The notes under the pieces are model-generated. The model did not search any database, was not told the DNA's origin, and was given only the letters and a program-made list of their open reading frames with translations. 64,000 bases of DNA from Gracilinanus agilis (lineage: Eukaryota), in assembly GCF_016433145.1 (NCBI RefSeq), contig NC_058132.1, forward strand, positions 466,087,952 through 466,151,951. Direction: 5' to 3'. Both the position numbers and the translations under genes were made by a program. Positions 50,197-63,419 of this stretch are shown piece after piece (positions within the stretch are counted from its first letter, which is position 1; each line of letters begins with the position of its first letter).

Positions 50197-51394
50197 TGTA
50201 AAGGGTAAAAAGGGGTTTTGGTTGGGTGAATATTAAAAAGTTTGGTCACCAGAGAATTGAATAATTATCAATCCCCAATTAAAGAATAACCTCAAGTCAA
50301 AATGACTTTTATGGAAGTTTATTTACAAATGAGGAGAGGAAGAGAAAATCAGAAAATCAGAGGATAAGATAGGATAAGTAATCTAACACACTAGGTAATT
50401 TGCTCTAGCCCCCTAGTTTAACCCAGGCAGATTTAATTAGTCCTCCGTCGAGAGAGGCTCAGCCTTGAGCCTAAAGCCAGAAGGCTGAGGGCTGGAGGGC
50501 CCCAGAGGTGAATGAAGCAAAAGCTTCAATTGCAGAGTCTCTTTTGAAAGGGAAGTTCCTTTAGAAAAACTAAGGAAGATTTAGTCTTTACACTCACCAT
50601 GTGTAGTTCTAAGGGAAAGATTTAAGAACTGTCTCATCAAGGTCTCAGGGTCCCAGGTCCAGTGCTCTCCAGGTCCAAGTCATGAACAAGAAGAGGCCCT
50701 TCAGGTCCAAGACACAAACAAGAAGAGTTGAACTCACTGAACTCTCTTTTAAAGGAGCTTCTTTTGCTTCACTTCCTGTGCCTTCCTCTTAGTTTACATC
50801 TTCAATCACAACAGATGCTTTTCTTAGGACTGCCTAGGAGGTAGTCAGTAAATTTTGATTTGTCACTCACTCTAGCACACATGGGTCATAGATCTCCCAA
50901 CTTGTGTTGTAAGTGGAGTTGTTTATATTTTTGGTGATTAGATTTGAGAATGGGCAAGGTAGATTTAATCCCATTATCACAATCCCCTTGTGATCATTTA
51001 GGAGACTTGTCTCCCCAATTGATCATTTGATTTAATCATCTTTTGCCTCTAAAAATCAAAATCTTCTAACTACAATAGTTAGACATAAGAGGGAAATAGA
51101 AGAGGGGGGGGAGAGAGTAAAACCAATGTTTTGCTAGATGCATTGACAAAAAGCCAATTAGGAGGCAATCCCCTTTGGCATAAGAGTTTACAATTCAAAA
51201 TAATTGTGTTCAATGCCCTTAAGTTCAATCTATTGTACCCAAAAGTTCATTCTGGATCATCTTGATTCAGTGTGGGGTTCTGCAGGCATCTTTCTCCAAA
51301 TAGTCCATCTTCTGGATTCAAAGCATTAGTAGGCTTCTTTTCCTGAACATTTTCTTGAACAAAATTTTAAATCTTGGAATTTTATATAACTACA
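50197..51394 (-). mobile_element. Composite solo LTR (~1.2 kb): upstream module + internal PPT + core LTR, inserted in a MIR
   Basis: TG...CA outer ends; TSD attg (50193-50196) / actg (51395-51398); internal aaggggat|TGTG junction at 50989-50978 (minus); MIR rejoins across it. Confidence 0.8.
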
Positions 51395-51544
51395 ACTGAA
51401 ACTGAGAGAGGTAAAGTCATTTACTCAGGGTCACAGTCCTAGTGCATGCATGTGAGGCAAGATTTGAACTGAAGTCTTTCTGTCCAGAATTCTCTTCATT
51501 GTGCCTCCTAGCTATAGGATAGTCACCTGAACATAATTTCATGC

Positions 51545-51847
51545 AGTTGATTTCCAGTTGTGTCCAACTCTTTGTGTTTCCATTTGGGGTTTTCTTGGCC
51601 AAGTTACTGCAGTGGTTTGCCATTTCCTTCTTTAGCTCACTTTGCAGATCAGGAAACTGAGGGAAAGAGTTATGTGACTTGCCCAGGGTCACACTATCTG
51701 GTGTTTGAGGTCAGATGTGAATTTAGGAGGATGTCTTCCTCATTCCAGGCCCAGCACTTTATACACGGTACCCCCTACTTGTCCCTGATACTGGACCTGA
51801 ACATGGTAGCTATTAAGTATTTGAAAGCCTTTGCCATGTAGCTGCCT
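51545..51847 (-). mobile_element. MAR1-type SINE
   Basis: tgtccaactctttgtgtttccatttggggttttcttggccaag...gacttgcccagggtcacac. Confidence 0.85.
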
Positions 51848-53299
51848 AGACTGTAGAATTCTATAAAGCAGAAGTTCCATGAAACAGTAGATATTTTCAA
51901 GGTCAACAACCATTCTAAAATGAAATATTTAAATTCAGAATGATCTGTAGTCAATGATGACTTTCATACTTAGAATGGTCACAAATTCTCTCCTTCCCAT
52001 TTGCCTTTGATATTAGTCCAATTACCGTGGCCCACAACTTGTTTGATTAGGTTGTCAAGCACTTATTTTATTTTTTGCCAAAAATAAAAAAAAATTACAT
52101 TTCTACCTTTCAGATGAAATGGTGTGATGACCAGATCCAGATAGAATGACACTAACTCCCCTTTGCATTTGCTCAGAGATCCTTTGGGGACAGCTATATT
52201 CACCTGGTTTATTTATTAGAGGCAAGAGAGATGATCAGATTCCTGTATGATTTAGCAGCAAGTGCTTTTGAAATGGGTGATATTGTGGCAAGTCACTGAC
52301 CATACTTGAAGGATGCCAGAATTGCAATTATTGTTTTATATTAGTGGCCAAACCCTGACGGTTCAAAGAGAGCCTTTCACTGGTCATGGCAAGGAAGTGA
52401 CACAGAAGCTTCTTCTGACACTGATAGAAATCACAATATGAGGCATTTTATATCAGCAGAAGAGTACAATTATTGTAGTGGAAGTTGTTAACAAGTGTAT
52501 GCAAATATTCTACTTAGTTAACGTATTTCCTCAAAAACTGTCATTTGTCCATTCTACCAGGGAACCAGAAAGACAAAATCTTTCTCATGATGCTGGATAA
52601 AATTCTTTAATTTTGACATTTGCAAAAATTCTCACAAAAGGTCATGAATGTTAACTATTATTGTATTGTTACAAAATATAATAAATATAACTACCATAAT
52701 ATTTTTATACAAGGCTTATTGCAGGATCTTATATTTTCCATTTCTACTTATCAATTTCATACCTATGAAGAAATAGAAAATGGTTTTGAGACCCTCCCTC
52801 TATCTGCTCCCCCATTTCCTTTTCACATTTTTATCAGTGATATCTTCCAGGAGGCATATATATTGATATTTACTACTTTTTAAATTTTTATTTATTTACT
52901 GTAAAACTACACTAATCTAATGCTAAGAAACTGAAAAATCTCCCAAGGTTCAAAAAATTTGATTTGATTTGAACCATACTACTACCTGGCATACATATAT
53001 GAAGTTATTATGAAAAAAAAACACCACTTACATCATTAATTTCTGTGTTTATATAAATTTACTTGTCCAATATCTAAAGCAAATGGGCTTAAGAGAAATA
53101 CAAAGTGCAGAATTATCAGTCAAAACTTTTGATTTATTTTTCCACAGGAGTCTGTGCTGATGTAGCATTTTCTATCTCCAATTCTTTGTCTTATTTCAGT
53201 CTAATGATAATAGAAAGTTAAGAGGAATTGAGTTAACATACAAGGAAGGAAGAAAGGAGGTATTGGTAAATGTGAGCAAGGAAATGCAAATTTGTTAGG

Positions 53300-54450
53300 C
53301 TGTTGAATTTGGGGAAAGAAGCATTTATCTATAAGACTAGTAGATCCCATTCTCTATATGATTCATACATATCAGAATACAGCAATCAGGCCTCATTTAA
53401 AAGGAATCAGACTGAAAACCTAGGAGATAACTTATTTATAGAAGACATTTGTGTTACTCTGGGATTTGTTGGAGTTTGTTATTACTAGGAGCCTATATAT
53501 TTGGAGCTTTCTCTAATAAACACATAGGAATTTATAGACTGTTCATTGGCAATTCTAATATGCCTGGGTATGTGGTAAACAACAAACAGATACTATCTCA
53601 GAGACATAATTCATGGCTTAGAAGTAAAAAAGTCCATTAAAGACTTGGTGAGAAAATTGAGAAAAAAATCTATTTTAGTACTTTTGCCAAGTAACTTCAG
53701 GTTAATTTGAGGTCCATAGGAAATAATTGAAAAGGGAAATTGATCAGATTTTTGTGTCCATTATATTTATTACATTCTAAATGAATGATCTTGTGATAAA
53801 ATAATACCATACTCAGGGAAGAAACACAGATCACATATAGGGCTATGTTTGTTTGTTTTTTCAATCAGTTTAGATCTTGAAAAAGCTAGAGATAGGAAGA
53901 GACTTTGATGTTATAGATAGGATTGGTTACCTAAATTAGCTAGTGAGTGAAGGATAGCATTCACCTAGGTATATCATGTACCAGAACCAAAGATTGGGTG
54001 GCAGCACCCCAGATAGAATATAGCACCAAAGGTACTTCCTCAGCTTTTCCTTCTTATACAAAAAAATCCAAACTCTAATGCAGGTCAGGAATTTTTCTGT
54101 TTTCATTTCCTTGGGATTCTTGGCTAAATAGGATGACAGATATAAGAATAGTATATTCTCAAAATATGGAAACATGTTGACTATAATATCAGGAACTAGG
54201 GTGCTATAAAAAGCAACTTAATTGGCCCTGAGATTAGCATTATCGTAATTTTTGGAAATGGAGAAATCTTAGTAGATTAGGGGTATAGGACAAACTAGTA
54301 ACAAGCAGCAAATTGCAACAGTACCTATATTATGGAGGAGAATAGGCCATTAAAGATAAACTTCTTGGTACACTTTTCTGTTATCTCTGATTAACTTTAC
54401 CATTGCTAAAATGAATGGCTTTAATGAACAGATAATAGAACCTATGCTTT
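53300..54450 (+). mobile_element. Very old non-LTR RT relic (RTE/RTE-X-like)
   Basis: IYRLFI..KQILSQRHNSWL (53530), IDQIFV (53739) and SISLDLEKARDRKRL (53861-53905) match RT domains 1-3 in order. Confidence 0.55.
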
Positions 54451-54479
54451 CAGAACCTACACCTTTCCTTTGAGATTTT

Positions 54480-54850
54480 TACTTAAAAAAATTAAATCTA
54501 TTTATTGGTTTGTCATATTAAATTACCCAGATAACTCCATCTCTCTCTCTTCTTTCTCCATTAGAGAAGTTATAATTTGACAAAAATATGTGTGTGTATG
54601 TATGTCTTATTTCTATTTATCGTTCTCTGGAGATGGCCATATACAAGTCATTCTTCAAACAATATTTCTGTTGTTGTATATAATAATTTCTTGGTTCTGC
54701 TTATTTCACTCTTCACAATTTCATGTAGGTCTTTTCATGTTTTAAATAATTCAGCCTGTTCACTATTTCAAATGGTACAGTAGAACTCCATCACAATCAT
54801 ATACTACAACTTCTTTAGCCCTTCACCTATTGATGGGCATCTACGTATAA
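54480..54850 (-). mobile_element. L1 3' UTR fragment
   Basis: Antisense marsupial L1 3' end. Confidence 0.75.
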
Positions 54851-55089
54851 ACATCAACCAAAATTTTAGAACAGAAATCTTCATGAGAGCTAATTAGCAA
54901 TCAATGGTCATTTGTTAAATACCTACTATGTGCTGGGTGCTAGGACCACAAAGATAAAAATAAAGTTCTCCTTATCCTCAAAGAACTTAGAGCCTATTGT
55001 AAGAAATAAAATGTATTTCTAAATGTATATACAAAATTAATTCAACATTATTTTCAAAGGAAGGAGGTCTGGCCAGTAAGTGTCCAAAG

Positions 55090-55450
55090 CTGAATTTAAC
55101 CTTCTTTATCTCTTTTAATTAAGTCATTTTCACTTTTGTTCTGTCTGAGATTATAATTGTTAACCCTGCTTTTTACATTTTCGCTGAAGAATAGTAGGTT
55201 TTGTTCCATCTCTTTACCTTTACTCTGTGTGTCTCCTTGCTTTAAATAAATCTTTAATAAGCATATTGTGGGATTCTAGCTTTTAATTCACTCTGTTATC
55301 TTCTTCCATTTAATCTCCTTCACAAAGTTGTGATTACTAAATATGTGTCTCCCTTCATCTTATTTTTCTCCTATTTATCCCTCTTTTTCTCTCCTTTCAG
55401 TCTTTCCCTATTCACAAATATTTTTGCTTTTGTTTACCCGTCTCTCCCTA
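55090..55450 (-). mobile_element. L1 ORF2 endonuclease-start fragment
   Basis: Antisense of the NPTICCLQETH...AGVAIMISDK region. Confidence 0.75.
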
Positions 55451-57799
55451 AGACTAGACTTAAACTGAGATCTTCTTGACCTCAGGCCAAGTACTCTCTT
55501 CAAGGTGCCACTTACCTCTCTACAATATTAGGGAGAACAGGTTCTTAAATGACCAATGTAGACTAGGATTGAATAGAATAAAGGACCAATACAAAAAAGG
55601 AATAGAGATGGGACATAAGGTTTTATTTGCACATAGAACTCCTTCTACCAGTGCAGGTTGGCATCTTCTCTTTTAACTTACAGTTTTCAAGTTACCTAGA
55701 ACAGTAGGAAGTTAAGTGACTTGCTGAAGATACCATAGCTAATTTGTGTCAGATGGAGAGGCAACTTGAACCCAGGTTTTCCTGGCTTAAATATCAGCTT
55801 CTAGCTGTTTTACCATAGTGCCACTCAGTGATGTATACATGTTTATCTGGGTATCCATTTTTTAGTAAACAATATATATTTATTCAAAAGGATAAGATTT
55901 GCAATGCAAAACTTATTAAATCACAGGCATATCAGACATATTATCTAAGGAGATTTAAGAACTACCAACCAGACATCATGGAATGCACTGCAGCAGTCGA
56001 AGTCTAGTTGGCATTAACACAGACCTCAAGCCCCTAACACCTAGTCAATTGCTTGGCAAGACAAAATTCTTTCTAAAAGCAGTGGTAGTTAAAGCGTGCT
56101 CTGAAAGCATGGTGATATTGAGTGTAGTTGAGCCGAAATAAAACGGGATGGAGAAATGACTCACTTTAATACTTCAAGGGTCTATGATTTCATCAGTGTG
56201 GGTACTCCCGCCACCCCTGCAGATCATAACCCCTCCATACCTCAGTAGATTTCTTTCATGAATTGCTCTGCCTGCTGAAATTCATCATATGGAGGAAACC
56301 CTCAGGGATGGAGAAATGACTGCCAATGCGAAATATGAGTTTAGTTTCTCCTCACCATCTCTGCAAAGAACAGAAATACATTGAAAATGGTAAGCTGTGT
56401 GGTTTGGTAAATCCTGTATTTTTTTAGACGGAGAGAACACATGGAAATTACACTGGCCGGAGGATCAATCTACCAATCTATCAATCAACAACAAAAATGT
56501 ATTAAGCCCCTTCTGTGTGCCAGCAGCTGTGCTAGATCCTAGAGATATAAGGTAAAAAGAGGATAAGGAAAATGTAAATCCTTTAGGAAGGCAAGTAGGA
56601 AAGAAGAAACCAATGCCTGTTCTTCATGTTTGCTTCTTTCAGGAGGATGGTGTTGAAAAATGATTCCAGGAACATAATTATAGTTCTAAAAAATATCTTG
56701 GTCACAAAGAAATTACATATAGATATAGACATGTATGTATATAGACACATATCAACACATGTATTTGTATGTATGCATACATATACATGCATGCATGTGT
56801 GTGCATCTATATGTGTGTTTGTGTATGCATATATTTGTATTTTGTGTGCATATGCACATATATACTCATGTGTGTGGATTACATTAGATTAATTGAAGAT
56901 GCTGAAAGATCTTATTCAAGACGCCTAGTCTGTGGAGGTTGGACTTCCAGGAATAAAATAATATGTGGTTAGTTGATGGCTTTGTATGGAAATGCATTGT
57001 ATTTTTATTCTTGTCAATCTGTACGATACATAGTATCTTTAAGATGTACAAATCATAACATATTATACCAGAAAAGATCAGCAGATCTGGCAAACGAGTG
57101 CAGGCTTTTATCCGTGTGTCCTGCCGCCAACAATGGGTTGAGAGGAGGAAGGGAAGGGAAAGGAAGGAGGGAGCATCTTGATTTGCAGGTCATTCCTTTA
57201 GAGCAGCCAGCTTTGCATTATTTTGCTGACTACAGACCTGATGAAAATCTGATGAATGTGATAAAATATGACCCTTTGTCCATTATGGCACCAGGATGAG
57301 AGCAGCCCATATTTGGCTTCTGGGAGCTGTGCAGTCAGTGCACTGCATTTAATAGAAAAATATGAAGTGTTCACAAACTTGGATGGAGTACATTCTCTGC
57401 TTTCAGAAATATAGCCCTGGGCTTTCAATACTTATAGTGCCATCATCAGGGCACATTAGGTCAATGCAAAGCTTGGAAAGCAAATACTGAGGAACTTTGA
57501 CTGGCCACTGGGAGAGAATTCTCAACCCAGTGATAATGAAGGAGCCAATATGTGGTGGCGAAATGCCAGAGCTGCACTATAATACCCATACTTAGGAGGA
57601 GCAATTCATGGCTCACCTGGAAATCAAAGTCTAAGGAACAGTCATGAGTCTTGCTAAGGAGAGTCATTCATTCCATAAGCATTTAGGTGGGCCTACTGTG
57701 TGTGGAGCAGCCTGTTAGGTCAGGGAAAATGTAAAGCTAGGAAGTGATAGGAAAGTGTTAAAATATAGCTATGATACATAGAATAGACATAAAGAAAGA

Positions 57800-58990
57800 G
57801 CTGAACGTATATGTAGAATTGTATATATGAAATAAATTATAGAAGAGATAAGATATTTAAGATACAGTTCGAAGGCAATATAGCTTTAATACATTATATC
57901 CTACATAGTAACAGTAAGATGTTACGGCACAAATTTCTATAAGCTAACAGGTAAGATACATGTAAGTTTATATATGAAATAATATATAAAAGAAATAAGA
58001 TGATATTTAAGATATACTTATAGGGCAGCATAACTTTAATATATAAAACAGTAAGATGTTAAGTCATGAATTTCTATAACAGTTATAATACGTGTTAGTT
58101 TATATATGAAATAATACAGAAGACATAAGATGATATTTAAGATACACTTACAAAGCAACATAACTTAAATACATTATATTCTACATAGTAACAGTAAGAC
58201 ATTAAGGCACAGATTTCTATAACAGCTAGAATACATGTAAGTTTATATATGAAATAATATATAGAAGAACTAAGATGATATTTAAGATATACTTATGAAG
58301 AAACATAATTTTCATATATGATATCCCATATAATAAAAGTAAGATGTTATGCCACTAATTTCTATAACACCTATAATACACGTAAGTTTATATATGAAAT
58401 AATTCATAGAAGAAAGAAGATGATATTTAAGAAACACTTAAAAGGCAAAGTAACTTAAATATAGGGACAGCTAAGTGTTATAGTAGGTAGAGTGCTAGAC
58501 CTGGAGTCAGAAAGACTCATCTTCATGAGTTTTAATCTTGCCTCTGACATGAGCTGTGCCACTTTGGGCAAGTCACTTAACTGTGTTTGCCTCAGTTTCT
58601 TTATCTATAAGACAAGCTGGAGAAGGAAACAGTAGACCATTCCAGTATCTCTGCAAAAAAACAACAACCCAAAAGCCAAATGGAACCACAAAGAGTTAGA
58701 CATGACTGAAATGACTGAATAAAACTTTTATACATAATATACTACACAGTTATAATAAGATGTTATGGCATACATGTCTACATAATATGTATAAGTTTTA
58801 TATATTAAATAAGAAAGCAAAATATAAAATATTATTTAAGATGTACTTATCAGGTAACAATATATAATCTACATGGTTACAATAAGGTGTTAAGCAAACA
58901 TTATTAAAAATAACTATATACATGTCTATATTATATTTTATATATGTAAGAAATAGTTATAAGACATAGAATTTTTATATGTGAAACCAA
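57800..58990. repeat. AT-rich tandem array, ~145-bp unit, about 7 units, interrupted by a MAR1-type SINE (58464-58722)
   Basis: Anchor tatatatgaaat at 57822, 57969, 58101, 58244, 58389; degenerate anchors at 58799 and 58939. Confidence 0.9.
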
Positions 58991-60089
58991 ATATGGAAGA
59001 GATAAGAACATTTAAGAGGCCCATATAAGGTATCAGTTGTTGAGTTATTTCTGTTGAATCCTTCTCTTCGTGGTCTCAATTAGGCCATTCTTGCAGAGAT
59101 TCTGGGGTGGCTTGTCATTTCTTTGTCCAGCTCATTTTTGGAGATGAGGAAACTGAGGCAAACAGGATCAAGGAATTTGGACTTTATTCTATTTGGCATA
59201 TGGATTAGACTGAAGAGTTTTGAGCAGAGGATTGTCATGACCAAATCAATGCATAAAGATTAGTATGACAGCAACATAAAAACAGTACTCTGGGGAGAGA
59301 GTAGAGGCAATAAGATCTGTTAGGAAGGGCATCAGGAGGAATTTATAGAGGATTGCATTTTGTAAATTAAAATGAAACAAAAACAAAAACAAGCACACTA
59401 TGAATGAAAATGACTAAATAAAACCTTCTGATTTGCAGTCATTAGAAGGTTAGAGCAGGAAAGGAAACAGAGGTTACTTAATCAAAAGATGGATCTCCTT
59501 TACAATGAAAATCACAAGTAATGGCTTACAACTAAAAACTTCCAATAGCAAGAAATCTTCAATAACTCTTAATTGTTGGAAGTTTCTTTTTTTGTGAGCT
59601 GAAATTTTCTTCTTTCTAAATTCCACTAATTGGTCCAAGTTTTGTTCCTATGTGCCAAACAGAATAAATCTAACCTTAGGATTTCACTGGATCAGAGGTC
59701 ATCTAGTACCATGCATAAATTTACAGATTAGGCAACCAAGTTCCAGAGAACATAAGTGGAAGAAGTTGTATTCTGTCGGTATAGTCTTGCCTATGGTCAC
59801 ACAACTCTTAATCTAGGCTCTATGCTGACTTCCTGATGATACCTCTAATTTTTGAAAGTCAACTGTTGTATTTTTGAAGCTAGAGATTATACTCCACCCA
59901 AGTATACCTCATCCATGCCTCATTTCAAATCCAGTGTTCTTTCCACTATATTAAACAACACTATACAAATTATACAACCCAATACAAATTTAAGATAGCA
60001 ACTATATCAAGGGATGCTTTCCATATCAAGAGAATGATACAACGGAAAGAGTATGAACTCTACAGTCAGTGGCTATGGATTTAATCCTC

Positions 60090-60760
60090 TGCTGTGATTG
60101 TACCCAAAGAGATCATAGATAAACAGACTTGCACAAAAATATTTATAGCTGTGCTCTTTGTGGTGGCAAAAAACTGGAAAGCAAGGGTATGCCCTTCAAC
60201 TGGGGAATGGTCGAACAAATTGTGGTATATGTTGGTGATGGAATACTATTGTGCTCAAAGGAATAATAAACTGGAGGAATTCCATGTGAACTGGAAAGAC
60301 CTCCAGGAATTGATGCAGAGTGAAAGGAGCAGAGCCAAAAGAACATTGTACACAGAGACTGATGCACTGTGGTAAAATCAAATGTAATGGACGTCTTTAC
60401 TAGTAGCAATGCAATGACCCAAGACAATTCTGAGGGATTTATGGAAAGGAACACTACCCACATTCAGAGGAAGAACTACAGGAGTGGAAACACAGAAGAA
60501 AAACAACTGCTTGGACACTTGGGTTGATGAGGACATGATTGGGGATGTAGACCTGAAAAGACCACACCAATGTAACTATCAATAATGTGTAAATAAGTCT
60601 TGACTGACTACCCATATTAAAACCAGTGGAAATTCGAATTAGCTACAGCAGAGGGGGGCAGGGGAGTTGAGGGGTAAAGGGGAAAGTAAAAACATGACAT
60701 GTAACCATGGAAAATTTTTCTAAAAATTAAAAAAAATTATTTAATTACTAAAAAAAAATA
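60090..60760 (+). mobile_element. L1 3' end inserted in a MIR
   Basis: ORF 60094-60375 is the ORF2 C-terminus (CTKIFIAVLFVVAKNWK...WSNKLWYMLVMEYY); A tail; MIR continues to ~60910. Confidence 0.92.
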
Positions 60761-60999
60761 AATTCTACCTCTGATGATTATGACTTGTGTGTGACTGTGG
60801 CCAGGTCATATAACCCCCCATTGGAGACTCAATTTCCTCATTTATAAAATAAGAAGGTGAGACTAATGACCTTTAAAGTCTCTTCCAGCTCTAAAGTTGT
60901 GATACTATTTCCTTTCCCAAGTCTTCTCTTCACTAAACATCCCCAGTTCATTGAATAAATAAGAATACAGCATGGTTTCGAGTCTTCTCACTATCCTGC

Positions 61000-61950
61000 T
61001 TGCTTTACTTTGGATGTATTTGTGGTGCCAGAAGAAGATATGACATTGCACATGTGGTATGACCTAGAGAGAATACAAGAAGACTGTCTTATCTAGTGGT
61101 CTGGATACTACCTTTATATTTATGTATCAAGATCACATTGAATTTTTTGTTTTCTATATCATATTTTAAATTCATATTGAACTTGTCTCAATCTTGCATT
61201 TGTTTTGATTTTTTGATCCCAATTGGAGAATTTTAGATTAATATTAATATGAAATTTTATATTACCTTCAGTCCACTTTTCTTATATTTTGAAAAAAATT
61301 ATTGTTGATTTGGTTATTAAAATTGTTGGCTACTCCTCCTTATTTTTTGTGCCTTGCAATTTGATAAACATTCCATCTTTTAACCATTGTTTAAAATGTG
61401 AACCGAACATTGCCAAGCACAGAATGTGAGTAGCACTTCCTTTGTGAGCTCCCAACAGATTGATGTACCTCTATTTTAACAATGTTCTTTGAGTATAGCT
61501 CTGAATCCATGTAGCTGTAAATTTAATCCTTACCTTCACCTTGTCCACAAGGAGTTGGCAAAATGCTTTTTCAAATATCTTACTAAAACCTGGGTGTCTT
61601 ATGTCTTTAGAATTTCCCAAATCGAGGTAGGCACTTTGTGTCTTTGACATTTCCCATAATACTGTCCCCAAAGAATGGGTTTTGTTTGGCATGACCTATT
61701 CCTGAATCAATGGTGACTCTTAATCTTACTCCCTTTAGCTTTCAAATAGCTTATAAGCCATAGACTTCAACAAGCATTCTAGACAGTTTCCAGCCTTTTG
61801 TTTTCAGAATCTATTTTCTTCCCTGTTTTGAAAATTGGACAAACATTTGTTCATCTCCATTCCTGTGGCACCTCTCCTATTCCCATATTTCAAAGAAAAT
61901 CATTTAGCAATCTCTGACAGAAGCTCAGCAATCACATCTCTAACATATTC
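61000..61950 (-). mobile_element. L3/CR1 RT fragment
   Basis: Antisense aataggtcatgccaaac (NRSCQT) and FSKIFEKAFCQLLVDKV (cf. FSKAFD.V.H..LV.KL). Confidence 0.75.
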
Positions 61951-63419
61951 CAATTTTTTGTTGTTGCTGTTGTTACTGCTTTCAAAGCACTTTCTTATAT
62001 GTGAAATCATTCAGTCTCACAACAAACATGAGGTAGATCAGAATGATATTATAATGTTCATTTGACAAATTAAGGAACCAAAGCTTGGTGAGTTTTAGTG
62101 GTTTGCCTGCTTGCCAGTGCTTGTCATGTGGATGTTGGATTTCAAGGCCATTAAATTCTTCCTTCATGCCTGCTAAGCAAAGGAAACAGACTTATACACT
62201 GAAAACTTTACAATGAGACAGAAAATAAGGCATGACATACAAGGGGAGAAAGAGAAGACAGGACAAAGAAAGAGAGAAAGGTCAAAAATAGGAACACAAA
62301 TAGTTTCTGGGTATAAACTACCTACTCCATGGCTTTCTCCTCCTTCACCTCAATGACTCTGAGTTTCTAAGTATTTCACAATTTTATCTCCCATATCAAG
62401 GAAAAGCCTTAGTCCTGAGTGGTTCTAAAATAAGTAGAAAATACTTTGAGAAGGAATTTTGGGTCATTCAAGTCCCTGCATATTTTAGCAACAATTAAGT
62501 ACACCCTTTAAATTAGATTCAGTTTGATGAGCTATTCAGAACCATTCATTCTAGCATTATTGAGGCCATTGGTTAATTAATTAATTAATTTCATCTTACT
62601 TTATTTTCTTTTTCATGTTGTTTGAGGCACAAGTGATACTACAAAAGTGTATATGTAGCTGTATAAAGTTGCAGAAAGGACCAGCAAGATGAAACCAAGG
62701 AATGCTTGTTTCAGATGCATGTAAACACAATATTAAAAGCAAACAGTATTGACAACCATTTAAGTCACAAAACTAAGCATAGATTGTTTTCTGATCCAAG
62801 CATCTGTGTCCATTGTCAATATTATTCTTTAAGCTATTGTTTTCATTGCAAAGAACCTGCTTGGGCTACTTGCATGTACTAGAAAAATGGAAACACTCCC
62901 ACCTGGTGGTAAGTAGTAGAAGATATACAAATTGTCACAAGAGAAAATTCTAATTCTGGAGATTTCTAGCCGTTTCCATTTGTTCTTTTGAAACTTTCCC
63001 ATTCTGTTGAAGATAGATTGGCTAGGTGGAGTTATACCTCTTCACCCCAGTTATATGTTTCATTTTCTTCAACATTAAATGAGAATATGTAGCCAAGGAG
63101 AATAATCTCTTTTTTAATTCTAACTTTTACTTAGTAAAAATTATAAATAGAATTAAAACGAAACAGCTGTATTACCTCTATTCAGTTTTCTTTTTTATAT
63201 GACCCCCCTCCCCCGCAGTGCTTTGGGTAAATTAAACTTGGAAGGTTTACAGGAGGAGATAGACAAGAATTACATAGACAGGACAGACATGGGAGAATTA
63301 TGATCAGTATTGTTTAAGGCAACAATCCTCAAACATTTTCCCTCTAATAGTACAATATTATTCTTTGCCTTGAGGAATCCTGACATACACACTATTGGAG
63401 TTTTAGGAAATACAGCCTT

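Noticed and set aside
52114-52150. Acceptor ttctacctttcAG followed by ATG
   Set aside because: All three frames stop within 12 codons
56583-56972. Several ORFs rich in Y/V/C/M/H/T
   Set aside because: Translations of (TA/TG/CA)n low-complexity sequence; the same applies to ORFs at 48385, 48476, 31420 and 26082
62895-62910. CTCF-like accaccaggtgggagt (minus strand)
   Set aside because: Mismatch at the highly conserved C of the GGC core; single site with no support
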